DNA of 64,000 nt. It comes from the human T2T-CHM13v2.0 reference genome, Homo sapiens. Under the pieces are notes generated by a model. The model had not been told where the DNA came from. It saw nothing but the letters and a program-made list of their open reading frames with translations, and did not search any database. The stretch lies in the NCBI RefSeq assembly GCF_009914755.1, contig NC_060933.1. One strand, given 5' to 3'. The position numbers were made by a program, and so were the translations under genes. Shown here one piece after another: positions 37,751 to 51,600 of the stretch. How positions within the stretch are numbered: the first letter of the stretch is position 1; every line of letters begins with the position of its first letter.

Positions 37751-40700
37751 CATTCTCAGAAACTTCCTTGTGATGTGTGTACTCAAGTAACAGAGTTGAA
37801 CCTTCCTTTTGACAGAGCAGTTTTGAACCACTCTTTTTGTAGAATCTGCAAGTGGATATTTTGATACCTTTGAGGATTTCGTTGGACACGGGATATCTTC
37901 ATATAAAATCTAGGCAGAAGCATTCTCAGAAACTTCTTTGTGCTGTATGTCCTCAATTAACAGAGTTGAACCTTTGTGTGGATACAGCATTTTGGAAACA
38001 TTCCTTTAGTAGAATCTGCAAGTTGATATTTAGATAGCTAGGAAGATTTCCTTGGAAACGGGAATATCTTCATATAAAATCTAGACGGAAGCATTCTCAG
38101 AAAGTGCTTTGTGATGTTTGCATTCAAGTCACAGAGTTGAATATTCCCTTTTATAGAGCAGGTTTGAAACACTCTTTCTGCACTACCTGGAAGTGGACAT
38201 TTGGAGCGCTTTGAGGCCTATGTTGAAAAAGGAAATATCTTCCCATAAAAACTAGACAGAAGCATTCTCAGAAACTTGTTTGTGATGTGTGTATTCAACT
38301 AACAGAGATGAACCTTTCTTTTTACAGAGCAGTTTTGAAACACTCTTTTTGTGGAATCTGAAAGTGGATATTTGGATAGCTTTGAGGATTTCGTTGGAAA
38401 CGGGATTACATGTAAAACCTAGAGAGAAGCATTCTCAGGAACTTCTTTGTGATGTTTGCCTTCAAGTCACAGGACTGAACATTCCCTTTCATAGAGCAGG
38501 TTTGAAACACTCTTTCTGTAGTATCTGCAAGCTGACGTTTCAAGCGCTTTCAGGCCTATGGTGAGAAAGGAAATATCTTCAAGTAAAAACTAGACAGAAG
38601 CATTCTCAGAAACTTATTTGCCATGTGTGTTCTCAACTAACAGAGTTGAACATTTGTTTTGATATGGCATTTTGGACACACTCTTTTTGTAGAATCTGCA
38701 GGTGGATATTCGGATAGCTTTGAAGGTTTCGTTGGAAACGGGAATATCTTCATATAAAATCTAGACGGAAGCATTCTGAGAAACTGCTTTGTGATGTTTT
38801 CATTCAAGTCACAGAGTAGAATGTTCCCTGTTATATACCAGGTTTGAGACACTCTTTCTGCACTACCTGGAAGTGGACGTTTGGAGCGCTTTGAGGCCTA
38901 TGTTGAAAAAGGAAATATCTTCCCATAAAAACTAGACAGAAGCATTCTCAGAAACTTGTTTGTGATGTGTGTATTCAACTAACAGAGATGAACCTTTCTT
39001 TTTACAGAGCAGTTTTGAAACACTCTTTTTGTGGAATCTGAAAGTGGATATTTGGATAGCTTTGAGGATTTCGTTGGAAACGGGATTACATATAAAATCT
39101 AGAGAGAAGCATTCTCAGGAACTTCTTTGTGATGTTTGCATTCACGTCACAGAACTGAACATTCCCTTTCATAGAGCATGTTTGAAACACTCTTTCTGTA
39201 GTATCTGCAAACGGACATTTCAAACGCTTTCAGGCCTATGGTGAGAAAGGAAATATCTTCAAGTAAAAACTAGACAGAAGCATTCTCAGAAACTTATTTG
39301 CGATGTGTGTCCTCAACTAACAGAGTTGAACCTTTCTTTTGATACAACATTTTGGAAACACTCTTTTTGTAGAATCTGCAAGTGGATATTTGAATAGCTT
39401 TGAAGGTTTCGTTGGAAACGGGAATATCTTTATATAAAATCAAGACAGAAGCATTCTCAGAAACTTCTCTGTGATGTTTGCATTCAACTCATAGAGTTGA
39501 ACACTTCCCTTCATACAGCAGGTTTGAAACACTCTTTTTGTAATATTTGGAAGTGGACATTTGCAGCGCTTTGAGGCCTATGATGAAAAAGGTAATATCT
39601 TCCCATAAAAACTAGACAGAAGCATTCTCAGAAACTTGTTTGTGATGTGTGTATTCAACTAACAGAGATGAACCTTTCTTTTTACAGAGCAGTTTTGAAA
39701 CACTCTTTTTGTGGAATCTGAAAGTGGATATTTGGATAGCTTTGCGGATTTCGTTGGAAACGGGATTACATATGAAATCTAGGGAGAAGCATTCTCAGGA
39801 ACTTCTTTGTGATGTTTGCATTCAAGTCACAGAACTGAACATTCCCTTTCATAGAGCAGGTTTGAAACACTCTTTCTGTAGTATCTGCAAGCGGACGTTT
39901 TAAGCGCTTTCAGGCCTGTGGTGAGAAAGGAAATATCTTCAAATAAAAACTAGACAGAAGCATTCTCAGAAACTTATTTGCGATGTGTGTCCTCAACTAA
40001 CAGAGTTGAACCTTTCTTTTAATACAACATTTTGGAAACACTCTTTTTGTAGAATCTGCAAGTGGATATTTGGATAGCTTTGAAGGTTTCGTTGGAAACG
40101 GGAATATCTTCATATGAAATCAAGACAGAAGCATTCTCAGAAACTTCTCTGTGATGTTTGCATTCAACTCATAGAGTTGAACACTTCCCTTCATACAGCA
40201 GGTTTGAAACACTCTTTTTCTAATATTTGGAAGTGGACATTTGCAGCGCTTTGAGGCCTATGTTGAAAAAGGAAATATCTTCTCCTAAAAACCAGACAGA
40301 AGCATTCTCAGAAACTTCCTTGTGATGTGTGTACTCAAGTAACAGAGTTGAACCTTCCTTTTGACAGAGCAGTTTTGAAGCACTCTTTTTGTAGAATCTG
40401 CAAGTGGATATTTTGATACCTTTGAGGATTTCGTTGGACACGGGATATCTTCATATAAAATCTAGACAGAAGCATTCTCAGAAACTTCTTTGTGCTGTAT
40501 GTCCTCAATTAACAGAGTTGAACCTTTGTGTGGATACAGCATTTTGGAAACATTCCTTTAGTAGAATCTGCAAGTTGATATTTAGATAGCTAGGAAGATT
40601 TCCTTGGAAACGGGAATATCTTCATATAAAATCTAGACGGAAGCATTCTCAGAAAGTGCTTTGTGATGTTTGCATTCAAGTCACAGAGTTGAATATTCCC

Positions 40701-43700
40701 TTTTATAGAGCAGGTTTGAAACACTCTTTCTGCACTACCTGGAAGTGGACATTTGGAGCGCTTTGAGGCCTATGTTGAAAAAGGAAATATCTTCCCATAA
40801 AAACTAGACAGAAGCATTCTCAGAAACTTGTTTGTGATGTGTGTATTCAACTAACAGAGATGAACCTTTCTTTTTACAGAGCAGTTTTGAAACACTCTTT
40901 TTGTGGAATCTGAAAGTGGATATTTGGATAGCTTTGAGGATTTCGTTGGAAACGGGATTACATGTAAAACCTAGAGAGAAGCATTCTCAGGAACTTCTTT
41001 TTGATGTTTGCCTTCAAGTCACAGGACTGAACATTCCCTTTCATAGAGCAGGTTTGAAACACTCTTTCTGTAGTATCTGCAAGCTGACGTTTCAAGCGCT
41101 TTCAGGCCTATGGTGAGAAAGGAAATATCTTCAAGTAAAAACTAGACAGAAGCATTCTCAGAAACTTATTTGCCATGTGTGTTCTCAACTAACAGAGTTG
41201 AACATTTGTTTTGATACGGCATTTTGGACACACTCTTTTTGTAGAATCTGCAGGTGGATATTCGGATAGCTTTGAAGGTTTCGTTGGAAACGGGAATATC
41301 TTCATATAAAATCTAGACGGAAGCATTCTGAGAAACTGCTTTGTGATGTTTTCATTCAAGTCACAGAGTAGAATGTTCCCTGTTATATACCAGGTTTGAG
41401 ACACTCTTTCTGCACTACCTGGAAGTGGACGTTTGGAGCGCTTTGAGGCCTATGTTGAAAAAGGAAATATCTTCCCATAAAAACTAGACAGAAGCATTCT
41501 CAGAAACTTGTTTGTGATGTGTGTATTCAACTAACAGAGATGAACCTTTCTTTTTACAGAGCAGTTTTGAAACACTCTTTTTGTGGAATCTGAAAGTGGA
41601 TATTTGGATAGCTTTGAGGATTTCGTTGGAAACGGGATTACATATAAAATCTAGAGAGAAGCATTCTCAGGAACTTCTTTGTGATGTTTGCATTCACGTC
41701 ACAGAACTGAACATTCCCTTTCATAGAGCATGTTTGAAACACTCTTTCTGTAGTATCTGCAAACGGACATTTCAAACGCTTTCAGGCCTATGGTGAGAAA
41801 GGAAATATCTTCAAGTAAAAACTAGACAGAAGCATTCTCAGAAACTTATTTGCGATGTGTGTCCTCAACTAACAGAGTTGAACCTTTCTTTTGATACAAC
41901 ATTTTGGAAACACTCTTTTTGTAGAATCTGCAAGTGGATATTTGAATAGCTTTGAAGGTTTCGTTGGAAACGGGAATATCTTTATATAAAATCAAGACAG
42001 AAGCATTCTCAGAAACTTCTCTGTGATGTTTGCATTCAACTCATAGAGTTGAACACTTCCCTTCATACAGCAGGTTTGAAACACTCTTTTTGTAATATTT
42101 GGAAGTGGACATTTGCAGCGCTTTGAGGCCTATGATGAAAAAGGTAATATCTTCCCATAAAAACTAGACAGAAGCATTCTCAGAAACTTGTTTGTGATGT
42201 GTGTATTCAACTAACAGAGATGAACCTTTCTTTTTACAGAGCAGTTTTGAAACACTCTTTTTGTGGAATCTGAAAGTGGATATTTGGATAGCTTTGCGGA
42301 TTTCGTTGGAAACGGGATTACATATAAAATCTAGGGAGAAGCATTCTCAGGAACTTCTTTGTGATGTTTGCATTCAAGTCACAGAACTGAACATTCCCTT
42401 TCATAGAGCAGGTTTGAAACACTCTTTCTGTAGTATCTGCAAGCGGACGTTTTAAGCGCTTTCAGGCCTGTGGTGAGAAAGGAAATATCTTCAAATAAAA
42501 ACTAGACAGAAGCATTCTCAGAAACTTATTTGCGATGTGTGTCCTCAACTAACAGAGTTGAACCTTTCTTTTAATACAACATTTTGGAAACACTCTTTTT
42601 GTAGAATCTGCAAGTGGATATTTGGATAGCTTTGAAGGTTTCGTTGGAAACGGGAATATCTTCATATGAAATCAAGACAGAAGCATTCTCAGAAACTTCT
42701 CTGTGATGTTTGCATTCAACTCATAGAGTTGAACACTTCCCTTCATACAGCAGGTTTGAAACACTCTTTTTCTAATATTTGGAAGTGGACATTTGCAGCG
42801 CTTTGAGGCCTATGTTGAAAAAGGAAATATCTTCTCCTAAAAACCAGACAGAAGCATTCTCAGAAACTTCCTTGTGATGTGTGTACTCAAGTAACAGAGT
42901 TGAACCTTCCTTTTGACAGAGCAGTTTTGAAGCACTCTTTTTGTAGAATCTGCAAGTGGATATTTTGATACCTTTGAGGATTTCGTTGGACACGGGATAT
43001 CTTCATATAAAATCTAGACAGAAGCATTCTCAGAAACTTCTTTGTGCTGTATGTCCTCAATTAACAGAGTTGAACCTTTGTGTGGATACAGCATTTTGGA
43101 AACATTCCTTTAGTAGAATCTGCAAGTTGATATTTAGATAGCTAGGAAGATTTCCTTGGAAACGGGAATATCTTCATATAAAATCTAGACGGAAGCATTC
43201 TCAGAAAGTGCTTTGTGATGTTTGCATTCAAGTCACAGAGTTGAATATTCCCTTTTATAGAGCAGGTTTGAAACACTCTTTCTGCACTACCTGGAAGTGG
43301 ACATTTGGAGCGCTTTGAGGCCTATGTTGAAAAAGGAAATATCTTCCCATAAAAACTAGACAGAAGCATTCTCAGAAACTTGTTTGTGATGTGTGTATTC
43401 AACTAACAGAGATGAACCTTTCTTTTTACAGAGCAGTTTTGAAACACTCTTTTTGTGGAATCTGAAAGTGGATATTTGGATAGCTTTGAGGATTTCGTTG
43501 GAAACGGGATTACATGTAAAACCTAGAGAGAAGCATTCTCAGGAACTTCTTTTTGATGTTTGCCTTCAAGTCACAGGACTGAACATTCCCTTTCATAGAG
43601 CAGGTTTGAAACACTCTTTCTGTAGTATCTGCAAGCTGACGTTTCAAGCGCTTTCAGGCCTATGGTGAGAAAGGAAATATCTTCAAGTAAAAACTAGACA

Positions 43701-45406
43701 GAAGCATTCTCAGAAACTTATTTGCCATGTGTGTTCTCAACTAACAGAGTTGAACATTTGTTTTGATACGGCATTTTGGAAACACTCTTTTTGTGGAATC
43801 TGCAGGTGGATATTCGGATAGCTTTGAAGGTTTCGTTGGAAACGGGAATATCTTCATATAAAATCTAGACGGAAGCATTCTGAGAAACTGCTTTGTGATG
43901 TTTTCATTCAAGTCACAGAGTAGAATGTTCCCTGTTATATACCAGGTTTGAGACACTCTTTCTGCACTACCTGGAAGTGGACGTTTGGAGCGCTTTGAGG
44001 CCTATGTTGAAAAAGGAAATATCTTCCCATAAAAACTAGACAGAAGCATTCTCAGAAACTTGTTTGTGATGTGTGTATTCAACTAACAGAGATGAACCTT
44101 TCTTTTTACAGAGCAGTTTTGAAACACTCTTTTTGTGGAATCTGAAAGTGGATATTTGGATAGCTTTGAGGATTTCGTTGGAAACGGGATTACATATAAA
44201 ATCTAGAGAGAAGCATTCTCAGGAACTTCTTTGTGATGTTTGCATTCACGTCACAGAACTGAACATTCCCTTTCATAGAGCATGTTTGAAACACTCTTTC
44301 TGTAGTATCTGCAAACGGACATTTCAAACGCTTTCAGGCCTATGGTGAGAAAGGAAATATCTTCAAGTAAAAACTAGACAGAAGCATTCTCAGAAACTTA
44401 TTTGCGATGTGTGTCCTCAACTAACAGAGTTGAACCTTTCTTTTGATACAACATTTTGGAAACACTCTTTTTGTAGAATCTGCAAGTGGATATTTGAATA
44501 GCTTTGAAGGTTTCGTTGGAAACGGGAATATCTTTATATAAAATCAAGACAGAAGCATTCTCAGAAACTTCTCTGTGATGTTTGCATTCAACTCATAGAG
44601 TTGAACACTTCCCTTCATACAGCAGGTTTGAAACACTCTTTTTGTAATATTTGGAAGTGGACATTTGCAGCGCTTTGAGGCCTATGATGAAAAAGGAAAT
44701 ATCTTCCCATAAAAACTAGACAGAAGCATTCTCAGAAACTTGTTTGTGATGTGTGTATTCAACTAACAGAGATGAACCTTTCTTTTTACAGAGCAGTTTT
44801 GAAACACTCTTTTTGTGGAATCTGAAAGTGGATATTTGGATAGCTTTGCGGATTTCGTTGGAAACGGGATTACATATAAAATCTAGGGAGAAGCATTCTC
44901 AGGAACTTCTTTGTGATGTTTGCATTCAAGTCACAGAACTGAACATTCCCTTTCATAGAGCAGGTTTGAAACACTCTTTCTGTAGTATCTGCAAGCGGAC
45001 GTTTTAAGCGCTTTCAGGCCTGTGGTGAGAAAGGAAATATCTTCAAATAAAAACTAGACAGAAGCATTCTCAGAAACTTATTTGCGATGTGTGTCCTCAA
45101 CTAACAGAGTTGAACCTTTCTTTTGATACAACATTTTGGAAACACTCTTTTTGTAGAATCTGCAAGTGGATATTTGGATAGCTTTGAAGGTTTCGTTGGA
45201 AACGGGAATATCTTCATATGAAATCAAGACAGAAGCATTCTCAGAAACTTCTCTGTGATGTTTGCATTCAACTCATAGAGTTGAACACTTCCCTTCATAC
45301 AGCAGGTTTGAAACACTCTTTTTCTAATATTTGGAAGTGGACATTTGCAGCGCTTTGAGGCCTATGTTGAAAAAGGAAATATCTTCTCCTAAAAACCAGA
45401 CAGAAG
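37751..45406 (+). repeat. Three related 15-mers, T-A-C-D
   Basis: Markers 37852, 40404, 42956, 45508; shared private SNPs. Confidence 0.9.
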
Positions 45407-48400
45407 CATTCTCAGAAACTTCCTTGTGATGTGTGTACTCAAGTAACAGAGTTGAACCTTCCTTTTGACAGAGCAGTTTTGAAGCACTCTTTTTGTAGAA
45501 TCTGCAAGTGGATATTTTGATACCTTTGAGGATTTCGTTGGACACGGGATATCTTCATATAAAATCTAGACAGAAGCATTCTCAGAAACTTCTTTGTGCT
45601 GTATGTCCTCAATTAACAGAGTTGAACCTTTGTGTGGATACAGCATTTTGGAAACATTCCTTTAGTAGAATCTGCAAGTTGATATTTAGATAGCTAGGAA
45701 GATTTCCTTGGAAACGGGAATATCTTCATATAAAATCTAGACGGAAGCATTCTCAGAAAGTGCTTTGTGATGTTTGCATTCAAGTCACAGAGTTGAATAT
45801 TCCCTTTTATAGAGCAGGTTTGAAACACTCTTTCTGCACTACCTGGAAGTGGACATTTGGAGCGCTTTGAGGCCTATGTTGAAAAAGGAAATATCTTCCC
45901 ATAAAAACTAGACAGAAGCATTCTCAGAAACTTGTTTGTGATGTGTGTATTCAACTAACAGAGATGAACCTTTCTTTTTACAGAGCAGTTTTGAAACACT
46001 CTTTTTGTGGAATCTGAAAGTGGATATTTGGATAGCTTTGAGGATTTCGTTGGAAACGGGATTACATGTAAAACCTAGAGAGAAGCATTCTCAGGAACTT
46101 CTTTTTGATGTTTGCCTTCAAGTCACAGGACTGAACATTCCCTTTCATAGAGCAGGTTTGAAACACTCTTTCTGTAGTATCTGCAAGCTGACGTTTCAAG
46201 CGCTTTCAGGCCTATGGTGAGAAAGGAAATATCTTCAAGTAAAAACTAGACAGAAGCATTCTCAGAAACTTATTTGCCATGTGTGTTCTCAACTAACAGA
46301 GTTGAACCTTTGTTTTGATACGGCATTTTGGAAACACTCTTTTTGTAGAATCTGCAGGTGGATATTCGGATAGCTTTGAAGGTTTCGTTGGAAACGGGAA
46401 TATCTTCATATAAAATCTAGACGGAAGCATTCTCAGAAACTGCTTTGTGATGTTTTCATTCAAGTCACAGAGTAGAATGTTCCCTGTTATATACCAGGTT
46501 TGAGACACTCTTTCTGCACTACCTGGAAGTGGACGTTTGGAGCGCTTTGAGGCCTATGTTGAAAAAGGAAATATCTTCCCATAAACACTAGACAGAAGCA
46601 TTCTCAGAAACTTGTTTGTGATGTGTGTATTCAACTAACAGAGATGAACCTTTCTTTTTACAGAGCAGTTTTGAAACACTCTTTTTGTGGAATCTGAAAG
46701 TGGATATTTGGATAGCTTTGAGGATTTCGTTGGAAACGGGATTACATATAAAATCTAGAGAGAAGCATTCTCAGGAACTTCTTTGTGATGTTTGCATTCA
46801 AGTCACAGAACTGAACATTCCCTTTCATAGAGCAGGTTTGAAACACTCTTTCTGTAGTATCTGCAAGCTGACGTTTCAAGCGCTTTCAGGCCTATGGTGA
46901 GAAAGGAAATATCTTCAAGTAAAAACTAGACAGAAGCATTCTCAGAAACTTATTTGCGATGTGTGTTCTCAACTAACAGAGTTGAACCTTTGTTTTGATA
47001 TGGCATTTTGGAAACACTCTTTTTGTAGAATCTGCAGGTGGATATTCGGATAGCTTTGAAGGTTTCGTTGGAAACGGGAATATCTTCATATAAAATCTAG
47101 ACGGAAGCATTCTCAGAAACTGCTTTGTGATGTTTTCATTCAAGTCACAGAGTAGAATGTTCCCTGTTATATACCAGGTTTGAGACACTCTTTCTGCACT
47201 ACCTGGAAGTGGACATTTGCAGCGCTTTGAGGCCTATGATGAAAAAGGAAATATCTTCCCATAAAAACTAGACAGAAGCATTCTCAGAAACTTGTTTGTG
47301 ATGCGTGTATTCAACTAACAGAGATGAACCTTTCTTTTTACAGAGCAGTTTTGAAACACTCTTTTTGTGGAATCTGAAAGTGGATATTTGGATAGCTTTG
47401 AGGATTTCGTTGGAAACGGGATTACATATAAAATCTAGAGAGAAGCATTCTCAGGAACTTCTTTGTGATGTTTGCATTCACGTCACAGAACTGAACATTC
47501 CCTTTCATAGAGCATGTTTGAAACACTCTTTCTGTAGTATCTGCAAACGGACATTTCAAACGCTTTCAGGCCTATGGTGAGAAAGGAAATATCTTCAATA
47601 AAAACTAGACAGAAGCATTCTCAGAAACTTATTTGCGATGTGTGTCCTCAACTAACAGAGTTGAACCTTTCTTTTGATACAACATTTTGGAAACACTCTT
47701 TTTGTAGAATCTGCAAGTGGATATTTGAATAGCTTTGAAGGTTTCGTTGGAAACGGGAATATCTTCATATAAAATCAAGACAGAAGCATTCTCAGAAACT
47801 TCTCTGTGATGTTTTCATTCAACTCATAGAGTTGAACACTTCCCTTCATACAGCAGGTTTGAAACTCTCTTTTTGTAATATTTGGAAGTGGACATTTGCA
47901 GCGCTTTGAGGCCTATGATGAAAAAGGTAATATCTTCCCATAAAAACTAGACAGAAGCATTCTCAGAAACTTGTTTGTGATGTGTGTATTCAACTAACAG
48001 AGATGAACCTTTCTTTTTACAGAGCAGTTTTGAAACACTCTTTTTGTGGAATCTGAAAGTGGATATTTGGATAGCTTTGCGGATTTCGTTGGAAACGGGA
48101 TTACATATAAAATCTAGGGAGAAGCATTCTCAGGAACTTCTTTGTGATGTTTGCATTCAAGTCACAGAACTGAACATTCCCTTTCATAGAGCAGGTTTGA
48201 AACACTCTTTCTGTAGTATCTGCAAGCGGACGTTTTAAGCGCTTTCAGGCCTGTGGTGAGAAAGGAAATATCTTCAAATAAAAACTAGACAGAAGCATTC
48301 TCAGAAACTTATTTGCGATGTGTGTCCTCAACTAACAGAGTTGAACCTTTCTTTTGATACAACATTTTGGAAACACTCTTTTTGTAGAATCTGCAAGTGG

Positions 48401-48637
48401 ATATTTGGATAGCTTTGAAGGTTTCGTTGGAAACGGGAATATCTTCATATGAAATCAAGACAGAAGCATTCTCAGAAACTTCTCTGTGATGTTTGCATTC
48501 AACTCATAGAGTTGAACACTTCCCTTCATACAGCAGGTTTGAAACACTCTTTTTCTAATATTTGGAAGTGGACATTTGCAGCGCTTTGAGGCCTATGTTG
48601 AAAAAGGAAATATCTTCTCCTAAAAACCAGACAGAAG
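45407..48637 (+). repeat. Full-order HOR 19-mer, T-A-B-C-D, 3231 bp (1-bp deletion near 47597)
   Basis: Tetramer ORFs at 45945, 46625, 47305, 47984. Confidence 0.92.
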
Positions 48638-51600
48638 CATTCTCAGAAACTTCCTTGTGATGTGTGTACTCAAGTAACAGAGTTGAACCTTCCTTTTGAC
48701 AGAGCAGTTTTGAAGCACTCTTTTTGTAGAATCTGCAAGTGGATATTTTGATACCTTTGAGGATTTCGTTGGACACGGGATATCTTCATATAAAATCTAG
48801 ACAGAAGCATTCTCAGAAACTTCTTTGTGCTGTATGTCCTCAATTAACAGAGTTGAACCTTTGTGTGGATACAGCATTTTGGAAACATTCCTTTAGTAGA
48901 ATCTGCAAGTTGATATTTAGATAGCTAGGAAGATTTCCTTGGAAACGGGAATATCTTCATATAAAATCTAGACGGAAGCATTCTCAGAAAGTGCTTTGTG
49001 ATGTTTGCATTCAAGTCACAGAGTTGAATATTCCCTTTTATAGAGCAGGTTTGAAACACTCTTTCTGCACTACCTGGAAGTGGACATTTGGAGCGCTTTG
49101 AGGCCTATGTTGAAAAAGGAAATATCTTCCCATAAAAACTAGACAGAAGCATTCTCAGAAACTTGTTTGTGATGTGTGTATTCAACTAACAGAGATGAAC
49201 CTTTCTTTTTACAGAGCAGTTTTGAAACACTCTTTTTGTGGAATCTGAAAGTGGATATTTGGATAGCTTTGAGGATTTCGTTGGAAACGGGATTACATAT
49301 AAAACCTAGAGAGAAGCATTCTCAGGAACTTCTTTTTGATGTTTGCCTTCAAGTCACAGGACTGAACATTCCCTTTCATAGAGCAGGTTTGAAACACTCT
49401 TTCTGTAGTATCTGCAAGCTGACGTTTCAAGCGCTTTCAGGCCTATGGTGAGAAAGGAAATATCTTCAAGTAAAAACTAGACAGAAGCATTCTCAGAAAC
49501 TTATTTGCCATGTGTGTTCTCAACTAACAGAGTTGAACCTTTGTTTTGATACGGCATTTTGGAAACACTCTTTTTGTAGAATCTGCAGGTGGATATTCGG
49601 ATAGCTTTGAAGGTTTCGTTGGAAACGGGAATATCTTCATATAAAATCTAGACGGAAGCATTCTCAGAAACTGCTTTGTGATGTTTTCATTCAACTCACA
49701 GAGTAGAATGTTCCCTGTTATATACCAGGTTTGAGACACTCTTTCTGCACTACCTGGAAGTGGACGTTTGGAGCGCTTTGAGGCGTATGTTGAAAAAGGA
49801 AATAACTTCCCATAAAAACTAGACAGAAGCATTCTCAGAAACTTGTTTGTGATGTGTGTATTCAACTAACAGAGATGAACCTTTCTTTTTACAGAGCAGT
49901 TTTGAAACACTCTTTTTGTGGAATCTGAAAGTGGATATTTGGATAGCTTTGAGGATTTCGTTGGAAACGGGATTACATATAAAATCTAGAGAGAAGCATT
50001 CTCAGGAACTTCTTTGTGATGTTTGCATTCACGTCACAGAACTGAACATTCCCTTTCATAGAGCATGTTTGAAACACTCTTTCTGTAGTATCTGCAAACG
50101 GACATTTCATACGCTTTCAGGCCTATGGTGAGAAAGGAAATATCTTCAAGTAAAAACTAGACAGAAGCATTCTCAGAAACTTATTTGCGATGTGTGTCCT
50201 CAACTAACAGAGTTGAACCTTTCTTTTGATACAACATTTTGGAAACACTCTTTTTGTAGAATCTGCAAGTGGATATTTGAATAGCTTTGAAGGTTTCGTT
50301 GGAAACGGGAATATCTTCATATAAAATCAAGACAGAAGCATTCTCAGAAACTTCTCTGTGATGTTTGCATTCAACTCATAGAGTTGAACACTTCCCTTCA
50401 TACAGCAGGTTTGAAACACTCTTTTTGTAATATTTGGAAGTGGACATTTGCAGCGCTTTGAGGCCTATGATGAAAAAGGTAATATCTTCCCATAAAAACT
50501 AGACAGAAGCATTCTCAGAAACTTGTTTGTGATGTGTGTATTCAACTAACAGAGATGAACCTTTCTTTTTACAGAGCAGTTTTGAAACACTCTTTTTGTG
50601 GAATCTGAAAGTGGATATTTGGATAGCTTTGCGGATTTCGTTGGAAACGGGATTACATATAAAATCTAGGGAGAAGCATTCTCAGGAACTTCTTTGTGAT
50701 GTTTGCATTCAAGTCACAGAACTGAACATTCCCTTTCATAGAGCAGGTTTGAAACACTCTTTCTGTAGTATCTGCAAGCGGACGTTTTAAGCGCTTTCAG
50801 GCCTGTGGTGAGAAAGGAAATATCTTCAAATAAAAACTAGACAGAAGCATTCTCAGAAACTTATTTGCGATGTGTGTCCTCAACTAACAGAGTTGAACCT
50901 TTCTTTTGATACAACATTTTGGAAACACTCTTTTTGTAGAATCTGCAAGTGGATATTTGGATAGCTTTGAAGGTTTCGTTGGAAACGGGAATATCTTCAT
51001 ATGAAATCAAGACAGAAGCATTCTCAGAAACTTCTCTGTGATGTTTGCATTCAACTCATAGAGTTGAACACTTCCCTTCATACAGCAGGTTTGAAACACT
51101 CTTTTTCTAATATTTGGAAGTGGACATTTGCAGCGCTTTGAGGCCTATGTTGAAAAAGGAAATATCTTCTCCTAAAAACCAGACAGAAGCATTCTCAGAA
51201 ACTTCCTTGTGATGTGTGTACTCAAGTAACAGAGTTGAACCTTCCTTTTGACAGAGCAGTTTTGAAGCACTCTTTTTGTAGAATCTGCAAGTGGATATTT
51301 TGATACCTTTGAGGATTTCGTTGGACACGGGATATCTTCATATAAAATCTAGACAGAAGCATTCTCAGAAACTTCTTTGTGCTGTATGTCCTCAATTAAC
51401 AGAGTTGAACCTTTGTGTGGATACAGCATTTTGGAAACATTCCTTTAGTAGAATCTGCAAGTTGATATTTAGATAGCTAGGAAGATTTCCTTGGAAACGG
51501 GAATATCTTCATATAAAATCTAGACGGAAGCATTCTCAGAAAGTGCTTTGTGATGTTTGCATTCAAGTCACAGAGTTGAATATTCCCTTTTATAGAGCAG

